Made by a program: the position numbers and the translations under genes. Shown piece by piece: positions 47,708-58,708 of a stretch of 64,000 nt of DNA. The stretch's first letter is position 1. Each line of letters opens with the position of its first letter. The stretch is from Candidatus Latescibacterota bacterium. GTDB lineage: Bacteria; Latescibacterota; CBDEFO01. The notes under the pieces are model-generated. The model saw only the letters and a program-made list of their open reading frames with translations, was not told the origin of the DNA and did no database searches. The stretch is from positions 192,001 to 256,000 of the forward strand of contig CBDEFO010000006.1 in NCBI GenBank assembly GCA_965237525.1, read 5' to 3'.

Positions 47708-48910
47708 ATGAATCATTACTGCAAGAAATTAAGAACACAGTCTATGATTGCAAACAAAATGACTTTGCTTTGTGCAATCGTATACTTATTATCTTTTACG
47801 GTGGTCCCAAACACCTTCGCTCAGGGGGAAGAAACTCCGATTAAGATATTTGGCTACTTTCAGAATTCATTCCAGCATTGGACCGCCTTCGAGGAGGGGC
47901 CGAAACATAATTCCTTCAGCTTACAACAACTCAATCTTTTTTTTCAAAAAGACCTTGGCACCAATTGGACCGCGTTTGTCAATTTTGAATTCCTGAACAA
48001 CTTCTCGTCTGGTCGGCAATGGGGTTCGGCGAAGCTTGAGGAAGCCTGGGTGAAATATCGGGCCGACATGAGATTCAATTTGAAGCTTGGACTGCTCATA
48101 CCCATCTTTAACAATCTCAATGAGATTAAGAATCGTACGCCTTTGCTTCCTTATATTATCAGGCCGTTGGCCTATGAAACATCGTTTGGTGAATTTATTC
48201 CGATCGAAGTGTTGGCCCCTGTCCAGGCGTTTGTAAAGCTCTACGGTTTTTTTCCTGCAGGCAAAGCGAAAGTTGACTATGCGGTTTATATGGGGAACAG
48301 CCCGAACATAAGCGATGATCCCAGCATCGGCCAAACCGGTATCGACACCACCTCGACATTTCTTTTAGGCGGCCGGTTGGGTTGGCGCTATGGCGAACTA
48401 AAATTGGGTCTTTCGGCGACCTACGACAAAGACAATTCAGAAGAGGTTCTGGCGCCGGAGCTTAACATACCGCGTACCGAACTAAGCGCAATCCCTAAGA
48501 CACGTTTCGGGGGAGATCTGTCTTATAACTTTGCTGATTTTTCGTTCGAAAGTGAATTTATTAAAGTTAGTCTTGAAAAAGATATTCCAAAGTTGGAAAA
48601 AAATCTGGATTTCTATTATGCCACCTTAGGCTACAATTTTACAAAAGCGCATTTCATTTATGGCAGTTACTGGTTTTTAGATTCCCACGCAGCAATACCT
48701 GCGCTTTCAAATGAGAGAAAAGAAGAAGATGAGGATGTCAAAGTTGCAACCATTGGCGCTTCGTACAACATGATGGACAGAGTCAGGCTCAAAGCTCAGT
48801 TTGCCCGAGTAAAACTTGACCATGAATTACAATTACTGCCAGAGGGTGTCGTCACAAGATCAGATGACGATTTTAGCGTTTTTGCGCTTGCTGTTTCGGT
48901 ATTCTTTTAA
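47708..48910 (+). CDS. Outer-membrane beta-barrel (porin-like) protein
   Basis: Signal peptide, alternating beta-strand pattern (LEEAWVKY, FNLKLG, YYATLGYNF), C-terminal Phe. Confidence 0.7.
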   Translation: MNHYCKKLRTQSMIANKMTLLCAIVYLLSFTVVPNTFAQGEETPIKIFGYFQNSFQHWTAFEEGPKHNSFSLQQLNLFFQKDLGTNWTAFVNFEFLNNFSSGRQWGSAKLEEAWVKYRADMRFNLKLGLLIPIFNNLNEIKNRTPLLPYIIRPLAYETSFGEFIPIEVLAPVQAFVKLYGFFPAGKAKVDYAVYMGNSPNISDDPSIGQTGIDTTSTFLLGGRLGWRYGELKLGLSATYDKDNSEEVLAPELNIPRTELSAIPKTRFGGDLSYNFADFSFESEFIKVSLEKDIPKLEKNLDFYYATLGYNFTKAHFIYGSYWFLDSHAAIPALSNERKEEDEDVKVATIGASYNMMDRVRLKAQFARVKLDHELQLLPEGVVTRSDDDFSVFALAVSVFF

Positions 48911-49369
48911 ATGGAGATTCCTATAATTATCAGCAGAAAAATAAAAATCGCGATTGTAACCATATTGTTTCTGTTCAGCCGGGAAGAGACCTTATTTTCA
49001 CAAGTGGCGGTCATCGCTCACAAATCAGTGCCAATTGACAAGATTAAGAAGTCTGAGTTACTTGATTTCTATACCGGTGACATAAAGAAGTGGCGCGACA
49101 ATCAACCAGTGGTCGTTTTTGACTTGAAACCAAGAGGAGAAGTAAAGGAAACCTTTTATAAGTTCTTGGGGAAAAGCTCTTCACGCATGAAATCCATTTG
49201 GTTGAAGAAGATGCTCTTGGGTGAAGGAGATCCTCCTGACTCTATGAAGTCAGAGAAAGAGTTATTGAAAAAAGTTGCTACCACGACCGGGGCAATCGGG
49301 TTTGTCAGCCAATCCCAGGTGAGCGGCGATGTCAAAACGCTCATCATCATCGAGAAGGACAAGAAGTGA
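48911..49369 (+). CDS. Small periplasmic binding-protein-like protein (PstS/PBP-fold half domain)
   Basis: Signal peptide; VAVIAH..VP...ELLDFYTG..KW and KVATTTGAIGFV motifs. Confidence 0.7.
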   Translation: MEIPIIISRKIKIAIVTILFLFSREETLFSQVAVIAHKSVPIDKIKKSELLDFYTGDIKKWRDNQPVVVFDLKPRGEVKETFYKFLGKSSSRMKSIWLKKMLLGEGDPPDSMKSEKELLKKVATTTGAIGFVSQSQVSGDVKTLIIIEKDKK

Positions 49370-51033
49370 ACATTCTTAATCTATCAGGAATCACCATGAA
49401 ATTAAAGGATTTAAAACTCGGCACAAAACAGATGGTTGGCTTCGCCATTATCCTTCTCATAATGGCCGGATCACACGCTTATTCGACCAGGAAAATGGCT
49501 ACGCTCAAAGCTGAAATTGACGAGGTGACAACAAATTGGCTGCCAAGAGCCATTGCTATCTCAGACATCAATGTCAACACCGCTAAGTTACGCATCGTTC
49601 AATTGCAGTATGTTTTTGCTACCGATGAAACAAGAAAGCAGAAGCAGGCAATTATGATTTCGTTACTGGATGAGATTAATGAGAATCTCGATATCTACGA
49701 ACAGCTCAAAGCTTCTTCTGAGGAGCGGCACCTCTATTCTGAAAATGAACGCGCGCTTTACTCTGAATTCGATCAGAATTGGGATCAGTATCAAGATTTG
49801 AGTTTGACAATTTTGAAACTTATCGGTAATAATGAAAATGAGGCAGCGATTGCTCTACTGAATGGCGAGGCACAGGAGGTGTTCAACGACTTAAGTGCTG
49901 ACCTGATCGAACTTGTAAGTGTCAATAAACAAGACTCACTTGAAGCCGCTAAACGGGCTGGTATTACATATCACTCAACCCACAAAATGATGATCAGTCT
50001 TTATATTTTCACAATCCTTTTATCCGTTTTTATAGCGGCTGGGTTAGTGCGGTTCATTACTGTGCCTGTGCAACAATTAGAACAAGCCGCCGGAAAGGTC
50101 GCTAAGGGCGACCTCGATGTGCGATTGGATATTCCAAGTAAAGATGAGATTGGCAATCTTGCACAATCATTTAATCAAATGACCACATCGCTTCGGGAGG
50201 CGAAAGAAAAAACACAACGTCAGGCTGAAAGACTTAAGGCACAGAATCAAGATCTTGGAAGAACAATGTACCAATTAAAAAAGACTCAGAACCAGCTTTT
50301 GATGAAAGAAAAAATGGCCGCATTAGGCAATTTAGTTGCCGGCATTGCCCATGAAATCAATAATCCTATTGGCGTCGTGATCAGCTCGGCTGATGTATCT
50401 ATGCGTTGTTTTGATAAAATTGATTCTGTCTTAGAAAAAAATGGTCTGACAGAGGAGACAAGAAATGGCAGCCTGCTTTCGAAAGCTTTGAAGATTCTCA
50501 AAGACAACATCAAAGCGACATCATTGGCAGGCGATCGCATTGCAACAATTGTGAAAAGCTTGAAAAATTTTGCCAGATTGGATGAAGCTGAATATCAGAA
50601 GGTGGATATTCATGAAGGGATCGATAGCAGTTTGACATTGCTTGGAACAGAACTAACGAACCGTATAAAAATCAAGAAAGAATACGGTGAGATACCCAAG
50701 CTTCAATGTTATCCCGGTCAACTAAATCAGGTGTTCATCAGCCTATTGAAGAACGCCTCCCAAGCAATTGAGGATTCCGGTACAACTGGGATTAAGACCT
50801 TTAAGACTAAAAATCATATTCATGTGCAGATTTCCGACACCGGTAAAGGGATCCCACATGACAGATTAAACAAAATTTTTGACTTTGGCTTTTCAGCGGA
50901 TGGTTCCCGCGTTAAAATGGGATCGGGGTTGACAACGGCGTATAATATTATTCAAAAGCATAATGGAGAAATCAAGGTACAAAGTGAAGTCGGAAAAGGA
51001 ACAACCTTTTCGACTATCTTGCCTATAAAGTAG
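49366..51033 (+). CDS. Sensor histidine kinase with four-helix-bundle (4HB_MCP-like) sensor and HAMP domain
   Basis: TM-4HB(NWLP)-TM-HAMP(DEIGNLAQSFNQM); H-box AGIAHEINNP; N-box QLNQVFISLLKNA; G1 DTGKG. Confidence 0.9.
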   Translation: MNILNLSGITMKLKDLKLGTKQMVGFAIILLIMAGSHAYSTRKMATLKAEIDEVTTNWLPRAIAISDINVNTAKLRIVQLQYVFATDETRKQKQAIMISLLDEINENLDIYEQLKASSEERHLYSENERALYSEFDQNWDQYQDLSLTILKLIGNNENEAAIALLNGEAQEVFNDLSADLIELVSVNKQDSLEAAKRAGITYHSTHKMMISLYIFTILLSVFIAAGLVRFITVPVQQLEQAAGKVAKGDLDVRLDIPSKDEIGNLAQSFNQMTTSLREAKEKTQRQAERLKAQNQDLGRTMYQLKKTQNQLLMKEKMAALGNLVAGIAHEINNPIGVVISSADVSMRCFDKIDSVLEKNGLTEETRNGSLLSKALKILKDNIKATSLAGDRIATIVKSLKNFARLDEAEYQKVDIHEGIDSSLTLLGTELTNRIKIKKEYGEIPKLQCYPGQLNQVFISLLKNASQAIEDSGTTGIKTFKTKNHIHVQISDTGKGIPHDRLNKIFDFGFSADGSRVKMGSGLTTAYNIIQKHNGEIKVQSEVGKGTTFSTILPIK

Positions 51034-51373
51034 GATGCCATCCGAATGCGGTTTAATTACAAGAATGTACTATGAAAACACTTATGATATTTGGAGAAAA
51101 TATAATCCGACATTCTCCACATCACATTCATGAGGAATTATGTTTCGATACAATCTTGTTTGTGATTGAATATTACCACGTCTACATGTTTGAACAAGTA
51201 CTTTTTTCAATCAAGATGTATTTGCTCTGAATTATCACTTGCTTTCCTAATTAAATCCTCCAATTAGAGACACTGTAGTGCCTCCCACAATTTCCACACC
51301 AATCAAGTAACTCGAGGCAGCTGATCATATCGTTTTCTCAAATCGCAATCTGCAAAACATCTTCCGCTAAGTC

Positions 51374-51481
51374 AAGGGAAGCGGTATGTATACGCTCTAA
51401 TTTGTCGTCTGAAAATAGTCTTCTGGACATTGTGCTTTTGACCTCTTTAACTATAATTCTTATCCTACATTTCCCATCTAT
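51374..51481 (+). repeat. 108-bp direct repeat, copy 2
   Basis: Matches 46824-46931. Confidence 0.9.
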
Positions 51482-51528
51482 GAAAGTGGGTGTCCCAGCC
51501 AGGTCTCTTTATCTGTTGAGAGAGTCCC

Positions 51529-52629
51529 TTACCGAAGCGGTGGCCAATCGTCAGGAACCTCCCAACGCAAACAGTGCCCTACAATGTCGGAGTCGGGGCT
51601 TTGATTCTCCTTGAATACTCTGGCGTAGTAGCCGGTAATGATACTACCGTCCGGAAGAACCAGGCTTCGCGGATGGCCACAATAATCGTCCCAGCTGAAC
51701 CAGGTCAGGATAATCGGATGTTTGGTATCCCACGTCTTGCCGCCATCTCGACTGGCAATAGCCTGGGCCCCGAAAGGAAACTGCCGATTGCCATAGATTA
51801 TTAGGAGCCTGCCGTCTTTGAGATATAGCGGGAAGCCAGGGATCTGGGCCTTGCCCAGGCCGATCCGGCGCGGCCGGCTCCAGCTGCGCCCGCCATCGCT
51901 GGACTTGGTCACTTCCACGATAGCCCCGCCTTCTCCCGCCCCGGCAGTTGCGACCCTCAGGCAGGCAAAGAGTTTGTCGCCAGGCAGCACGGCAATGTTG
52001 ACCTCACTGGCGTCGGCGATGTAGGAGGCGTCACCCCAGGTCTGGCCCCCGTCTTTCGAGCGAAGCAGATACGCTTTCGATTTGCCCGGGGCCAGCGAGA
52101 TTAAGCCACTGCAGATGACCGTGCCGTCCGAGAGCTGGTGAGGTCCGTCGCTCTCACCCCAGCCAATGTTGTAGGTCTTGCCTGCCACCGTAACGGACCC
52201 GTTGACCTGACACTGCTGCCAGGTTTGCCCCTCATCGGTAGAGCGGTAGATCGTCCCGCTCCCCAGGAGCAAGGTCCCATCCGCCAGCGCTGCACACATT
52301 GGAGCTCTCCCAGAAAGCCTCCTCCCTCCCGGCACCACCACCTCACGAGGCGGCCCCCAGCTGAAACCATCATCCTTAGATCGGCACAGGGCTATGTTGC
52401 CATTGAAAATCTGCGTGGCCAGCAGGTCACCGCTGGGAAGGCGGGCCATGCAGGGCTTGTGCCCGCCACGGGGGCTTATTTGGGACCGGACCGCCGCTTG
52501 CTTTTGGACGAAGTAGATCTCCTGAAGATTCACCGAGTTAAAACCGGTGTACTTGCCGCTTCCCCCGGTGGCCGTGTACTCGGGCACTTCAAGGTGTCCG
52601 GTCTTCTCCTCGCTAGAGCTTGTAGGCAT
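51529..52629 (-). CDS. Sialidase/BNR-repeat protein
   Basis: Asp-boxes SKDDGFSW, STDEGQTW, SKDGGQTW, SSDGGRSW and SRDGGKTW. Confidence 0.8.
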   Translation of the reverse strand: MPTSSSEEKTGHLEVPEYTATGGSGKYTGFNSVNLQEIYFVQKQAAVRSQISPRGGHKPCMARLPSGDLLATQIFNGNIALCRSKDDGFSWGPPREVVVPGGRRLSGRAPMCAALADGTLLLGSGTIYRSTDEGQTWQQCQVNGSVTVAGKTYNIGWGESDGPHQLSDGTVICSGLISLAPGKSKAYLLRSKDGGQTWGDASYIADASEVNIAVLPGDKLFACLRVATAGAGEGGAIVEVTKSSDGGRSWSRPRRIGLGKAQIPGFPLYLKDGRLLIIYGNRQFPFGAQAIASRDGGKTWDTKHPIILTWFSWDDYCGHPRSLVLPDGSIITGYYARVFKENQSPDSDIVGHCLRWEVPDDWPPLR

Positions 52630-52932
52630 TTTGATTTCTCCTGGGTTAACGTTTCTTCATCGACAATTACAGGATCATTGTTCTCAAAAACAGCGTGCGC
52701 GCTCAGCCGTACGTAGTGCACCTTTCGAGGCGTCAGCGGAAGTTGAAACAAACCTCTGCGTGGCCGCGTTATCCAGAAACAGCTGCGTGAAGTTTCCAAT
52801 CCCAAGTACGACGCTGTCCAGGTAGCTCATGTGTCGTCCCTCCCGAGGTTCTCTCCTCGGACTCGTGAATCCCCACGAGCCCCAGTGTGGCCGCCGACTC
52901 GGCGAGAATCAGCGGCTATCCTGCTGTATTCG

Positions 52933-53805
52933 TCAATGTCCGCGCGGATCGAAATCCCAACCGTGTTCACTCAGCACGCGCAAGCCTTCCCGGTATTCGT
53001 TTCTTATCTGTTCCAGATCGGCGGCGCGGTATTCGAAGTCGAGCGTGACGTTCCCGTTGTAGCCGGCTCGTTGGAGCGCTTCTCGAAAATGCGTGAAGTC
53101 AACGACGCCCTGGCCTGGCGTCATCTCGAGCTGTTGTTTGCCATCCTTGGTATCCGGGCCGGCGCTGTCACGCAGGTGCACGTGACGCAGATGAGGGCCC
53201 AGCATTTGGAAAAACGCATCCAGGTCGTAGCCGATGATGCCCCAATGGCTGGAATCCACAGTCGCGCCCACCGCCGGGTGATCGATCCGGTCGAAGATTT
53301 CCGCCACGTGCTCGACCGTGTCAGCTATGTGAAAGAGGTGCGGCACCTCCAGATGCAAGCTGATGTCGAACTGCTGCGCAATGTCGGCGATAGCGCGGTA
53401 TGTCTCGCACGCCGGGTGCATTTGTCGTGCCCACTTATCGCCAAATGCGCGGCGTGCCGTGGGCCACGTGACGACCGGCACGTCCAGTTCACGCGCTGTC
53501 TCGAGATACCATCGACCCTGCGCGATGCACTCGTCACGATCGCTCTTCTGCGTATAGTCGAACCATATCGCCTTGCCGCTGCGCAGCCAGCAGGGCGCCA
53601 GGTTCATGGAAAGCACCTGCATGTCATATCTCGCAGTAACGTCCGCGACTTCGCGCACGCTCGTCTGCCGGTAGACCAGATGTGTGCAAAACTCCCCCAT
53701 CTGGCTCAGTTCGATGCGCGAAAAGCCCAACCCGGCCAGGCAGCTCACCGCCGTTTCGAAGTCGAAGGCCGAATACCCGAGCGTCGCGGCGCCGTCGATG
53801 TTCAT
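52933..53805 (-). CDS. Sugar phosphate isomerase/epimerase (xylose-isomerase-like TIM barrel)
   Basis: LHLEVPH, VDSSH, HVHLRD, PGQGVVDF and LDFE motifs. Confidence 0.85.
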   Translation of the reverse strand: MNIDGAATLGYSAFDFETAVSCLAGLGFSRIELSQMGEFCTHLVYRQTSVREVADVTARYDMQVLSMNLAPCWLRSGKAIWFDYTQKSDRDECIAQGRWYLETARELDVPVVTWPTARRAFGDKWARQMHPACETYRAIADIAQQFDISLHLEVPHLFHIADTVEHVAEIFDRIDHPAVGATVDSSHWGIIGYDLDAFFQMLGPHLRHVHLRDSAGPDTKDGKQQLEMTPGQGVVDFTHFREALQRAGYNGNVTLDFEYRAADLEQIRNEYREGLRVLSEHGWDFDPRGH

Positions 53806-53908
53806 AGAGACTTCCCTTCAATCAGTCCAAAATTCCGGACTCAGGACAGTCCGGCTGCGAAAATACACGCACGGTACGCTAGGTTTCATCGCCAAAACTA
53901 TAAGCCCC

Positions 53909-54725
53909 TCAACCTCCGTTGGAACCGATGAAGCCCCAATGCCTAAGACAGTCTATCCAGCGCTGGCGACTCGGGCTGCGGTCGGGGTTGGATAGCCAGT
54001 GGCGGTGGCGCTTGAGCAACGGAAACACCTTGAGCAGCCGGGCCTGTTGCTCGACCATCTCCTGCATCGACTCCTCTTCTTCCGGCGTTGCAGGAACGGC
54101 AAAATAACCCAGGCTGCACATCCTCCGGTCGCCGCCGCCTCCCCAGCTGGCGTGCCAGATCCGATTGTCGAAGGCGATCACGTCTCCAGGCTGCGACCTC
54201 CCAACGTACGCAGGCATCGCGTCGACCTCAACGCCTCCCTCCTCGATGATCCCCTCGTTGGACTCTTTCAGGCTGACCTTCTTGATGTCTGAGTGGAGGG
54301 GATCTTTGTGAGAGCCGGGTATGAACCGGAGCGCGCCTGTCTTCTCGTCCAGCGGCTGTAGGTAGAAGGCGAACTTCACGCCGCGCCTGACGAGGTTTAA
54401 GCTATCGGGATGCCACTGCGTACGGTCACTGTCGAAGGAGTTGGAGTTGGCGTAATAGCCGATCACGTCCCGTCCGTAGAGCTGCTGGGTGGCCTCCAGG
54501 AACCGGGGATCCTCCAGTAGCGAGGCTAGGACCGGAGTATCTGGACCCAGGTTCGACCAGTTGAGCTGCTTGGGAACGCCGTGCCGGCCCATAGCCTCTC
54601 TGGCCCTGACGAGGCCGATATCGAACTCGGATTCTATGATCCTGAGCTCGTCACAGGTAAGGACCCCCGCGCAGAACGACAAAGCCGAAGACCTCAAACT
54701 GAACAAGCTGGTTTTCAGTAAGCAT
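53909..54725 (-). pseudogene. PhyH family protein, copy 2, with a +1 frameshift in a G run
   Basis: 5 C at 54664-54668 versus 4 C in copy 1; ATG start intact at 54725. Confidence 0.75.
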
Positions 54726-54941
54726 AGGCTCCTCCGTCTGTTGGATTATCCACCCCGCTGCACTGAATTTTTGGTGTGCCATAAAGAACAAGAGGTCACG
54801 GAAACTCCCATTTGCCCCTTTCGTTTTTGCTGCTCTCTTGTTCGTCACTATAAGTCTTCTCCACCCGCTTTGACTGAATAGAAGCGGATGGCTTTTAGAT
54901 CTCTATTACGAGTGTCGTCCCTATCCAGTCCCCGGGTGAAT

Positions 54942-55961
54942 CTATTGGGGATCAGCCGCAGGCGGTTGATCATCATTGAAGTTCTTCGTCTCAAATGATA
55001 TCGGTCGGCGGGCTGAGCGATCCACCGTCAATTTGAAAATGTCGAATCGATTGTAGCCGCCGACCACATCGTGGAACTGCTTTGGCTCAACACAGTCGGA
55101 CAGGTCTATATCTGCGTAAAGAATGCCTTCTGTGTCTTCAATTATATCGCTAATGGGAAGGCCATCAGGACCCATTACCACCGAGATGCCTCGCGGGCTT
55201 TCATCGAGTATGCGTCCAGCATTCGGGTCCAGCGCTATGAGTTCCTCCTGTGCAGTCTTATCCAAGTAGCCGGCAGCCACGACATTGAACACCTTCCCCT
55301 CAAATGAATGGGCTGCCGCGCGAAGTTGTATGGCCTGTTTGAGATCGTAGTTCCCGCCTGTTGATGGATCGTGTGTGGGCCATACCGATGGGTAGGTTGA
55401 CAGATGCAATTGCTCACCTTGAGCCAGAAGCGTGTAACGGGCAAGGGGATTTGTGTTTTCGCCACAGATCAGCATACCCAATCTGCCGAGGCGCGTTTCG
55501 ACCACTTGCAAACCGCCACCATCGCCCGGTGCCCATATGAGTTTTTCGTAGAAGGTCGGTACGATCTTGCGGTGATGGCAGAGCACATGGCCGTCGTCTC
55601 CGATCAACACGTTGGCATTTCATATACATCCAACGCTGATGCTGGTGCCCTCGTTAAATCCTAAGGAAACGAACATACCGCACTCACGGGCTGTATTGGA
55701 AATTTCTGCCAGCTCCGGCCCAGGAATCCTGATAGTGTTTGCGGCCAACCGACGGAACAGGTCGTGATTATATATCGGCGATCGCAGCGCACGCCATACC
55801 GGAAAGGCGGGAAGATATGCCTCGGGAAAGACAATCAGCTCAGCACCTTGCCGAGCAGCTTCTTTGATCAAGGAACACGTTTTGTCAACCGTGCCTTTCA
55901 GATTGAGAAAGACTGGCGCCACATGGGCTGCGGCTACTTTATAAGCAGGATAGCTAGACAT
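54942..55961 (-). pseudogene. Nitrilase/carbon-nitrogen hydrolase interrupted by an in-frame TGA
   Basis: VFPEAY, HRKIVPT and LICGEN catalytic motifs; both ORF halves in the same frame; TGA at 55620-55622. Confidence 0.8.
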
Positions 55962-56344
55962 GAAGATATCTCTCTAAGAAATCAGTTGTCGGGAAGCCCC
56001 AAAGCTCAGGTGGTCCGAAGCAGCCGTTAGTTCCTCCGATCAAGTAGCGGGCAAAATAATCCCGACAAGATATGGTGATCCAAGATAGTAGACAGCACCC
56101 AGCGGGTGAGGTGCCCTGTCTACTGTCTATTTGTTCCTTCTGTAATCGGTATGGATGAAGACCCACAGCAAGCTCAAGTGAAGGAAGGTGGTGCCTCTCT
56201 CCACTCCAGGGCGAAGCCACTTTCTTGGCTTGTTGCCACTTCTGCCCCCCTACTGCCGAGTGAGTTCGGCCCTGCCTACTTCTGTAGGGGCAGACCCGTG
56301 TGTCTGCCCTCGCCTTTCCCTGACTGCATTCTACTCGCTTAGCC

Positions 56345-57521
56345 TTAGCTGGCCATCTCTTCCAGAAGCGTAAAACACTGTAATAGGGCTCGCGGCAGAT
56401 GAAAGGCTCCTTTCCACATTGAGCCTTTGAGAGAGAGCGATAACGAGCCGTCCCGATGCAAGTATCCAAACCACTCCCCGTACTCCGGATCGGGAAAATG
56501 GCCAAAGCTCCATTCGTGTACCTTCTCGTACCAGTCATCATACTTCGCCTCACCCGTCAGGTGGTGAGCCAACAGCAGGGCATAGAGCGCCTCGGTATGC
56601 GGCCACCAGAGCTTCATGTCCCACTCAAGCTGCTCCGGCGGCTTGCCCTCCACATCAACAAAATATAGAATGCCCCCGTATTTCTTGTCCCAGTCCCATT
56701 CTAAGGACCAATCCAGTATATCTAACGCACTGCGGATGAGACTCAAATCGTTGCGGTGCCGAGCTTCGTGCATAATAAACCATGCCGTCTCTATGGCATG
56801 GCCTAGGTTGAGGCAGCGTCCTTCACTTGAATCGAGTCGCTCGCCATTTGGACCCACCGTTTCAAAGAGAGCACGCTCATCGGGTTTCAAAAAATGGTTC
56901 AAGATTTGGCCAAGAGAATCGTCAATGACTTCGGTGTACAACGGATCGGAGTCCACCTGCCTGAGTTCCTGAGTCGTGGCCAACAGAATCATCGGCATGG
57001 CTTGCGACTTCGTCGCGCAGGTTTGGGGCAAGATTTTTGGAGGAAGAGCGCCGGGGGGTTCGATAGAGATCGGTGATCAGTCCATAGAGGTCCTTGGCGC
57101 GCTGGAGGGCACTCTCGTCCCCGGTCGCCTTCGCGTATTCGGCACAGGCAATTACGCCGAAGGTTTCGGTAAAAAGATAGCGACGCTTGCGGAGCGGCCG
57201 ACCGTCGCAGGTAACTGTAAAGAACATGCGGCCATCGGTGTCAAAACCGTATTTGGCAACGAAATCAAACCCGCACTTGGCAGCGTCAAGCCATGCATCG
57301 CGCGGCTCAAGCGTATTGTAAAGCTTAGAAAAGAGCCATATGGCCCTGCACTGAAGCCACATCGCTTTGTCCGTGTTGAAAACTGAGCCATCGCGGTCCA
57401 GGCAGTTTAGGTAACCACCATGTTCATGGTCTAGCGAATGCCTCAGCCAGAATGGAATGACGTCATCAAGCAGGCAGTTCTGATAATGTTTGCGCAACTC
57501 GTTGATTCTCTGCGCCTTCAT
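56345..57521 (-). pseudogene. N-acylglucosamine 2-epimerase (AGE family), frameshifted at a homopolymer
   Basis: IPFWLRHSLD, KAMWLQCR, GHAIETAWF, KLWWPHTE, GEWFGYL and KGAFHLPR; frame change at G6 57053-57058. Confidence 0.85.
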
Positions 57522-57612
57522 CTTTTCACCCTCGCACAATATGCGGATACTTCGGCCAACGTTTTGCCTCTACACTCTTAGCGGACAGCCGAAGCATCCC
57601 CATCCGTTGGAG

Positions 57613-58256
57613 TTAGAGTTGCATCTCTCTGCGCATCCACAAGGCCGCGCGTTCCATCGAGATTTCAGGACTATATTCAGGCTCATATCCTAATTTCGCT
57701 CGAATCTTTGACACATCAGGTGCCATGTCCTCCCGATACTGATAATTGGCTCCTGCACCCGTTAGGACCTGCGTCAGGAACTCCTCCTGTGTCACCGATT
57801 CAATCGGGATACTTGTCTGGTAGATTGCGCCGTAGATCTCAGCAAATCTTTTTGCCGTCAGCGCATAGGCTGACCCCACATTAAAAATCTCGTCCGCTGA
57901 TGCATCTGGGTTACAAACAGCAAGGTAAAAGCCCTGAGCTACATCAGAAGCATCGCATGGCCCGATCAAGGTATTACACCCTTCAGGCAGATAAGCCGGC
58001 TCTCCCCGCATATATGCTCTGTGCAGAGCGATATCGCGTCTTCGTCGGTCTTCCAGAGGAACTTTTCCGGGTCCACAGATATTTGGCGACAGTATTGCCG
58101 TAAAAGCAATGCCATCACGCCTTGCAAAATCTCTGGTTGAAAGCATCTCTTGGTATCTCCGGGCATATCCCTTAAACTCACACGGTCCCTGCGTAACTTC
58201 GGGGTCGGAACGATTGTTGGTGGCCCTAACATCCAAAGTGAACCACAGGGGATCAA
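57613..58256 (-). pseudogene. NAD-dependent epimerase/dehydratase, C-terminal fragment
   Basis: PNICGPGK, DASDVAQGF, EIFNVGS and DVSKIRAKLGYEPEYS; no Rossmann N-terminus; extra frameshift near 58200. Confidence 0.7.
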
Positions 58257-58708
58257 AGGAGTCTCGGGGCCACCGGATCCGTGACGTATTCACCGTCGGG
58301 ATGCTCCTGACGGATGCTCAGGATCAATCCGTCGCTGTCCATGTTCTCAGGGTAAATCGTATTTACCTCGCGGTCGGCAAAGTCCGTCCTGCTGCGCATA
58401 CGGGCCGAGGTTACCACATAGAACTCGGGGCCGTGGGGGTATAGCCGCGGGACGATTAAGAAGGCAGCCCGGGTGAGCAATCCGTCACGATCGTGGTCGT
58501 CCAGGAGCTTTTGCCGTGTAGAGCGGCGCGTGGGCAGAGGCAGGTCTTGTGCGTGGCTACCGCCGTGTATCACATATTCGGGACGCTCCTCTGCGCTGGC
58601 TGTTCTGAAGTCGGTCAGGGTCAGCAGGTGGATCTCCTCGTGCCTGTAAAAGTGGTCGAATTGGACAACCGGTGAAGATGCTCTTGACATTGGGTTGTGT
58701 CTGCTCAT
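58253..58708 (-). pseudogene. M14 zinc carboxypeptidase-like N-terminal remnant
   Basis: FDHFYRHEE, LTLTD, IHGGSHAQ and IVPRLYPHG are degenerate M14 motifs; truncated. Confidence 0.55.

Noticed and set aside
52660..52830. Short ORF MSYLDSVVLGIGNFTQLFLDN with an RBS
   Set aside because: May be a truncated gene start, but too short to assign a family.
52831..53931. 366-aa plus-strand ORF
   Set aside because: Antisense to the well-supported TIM-barrel isomerase; no motifs.
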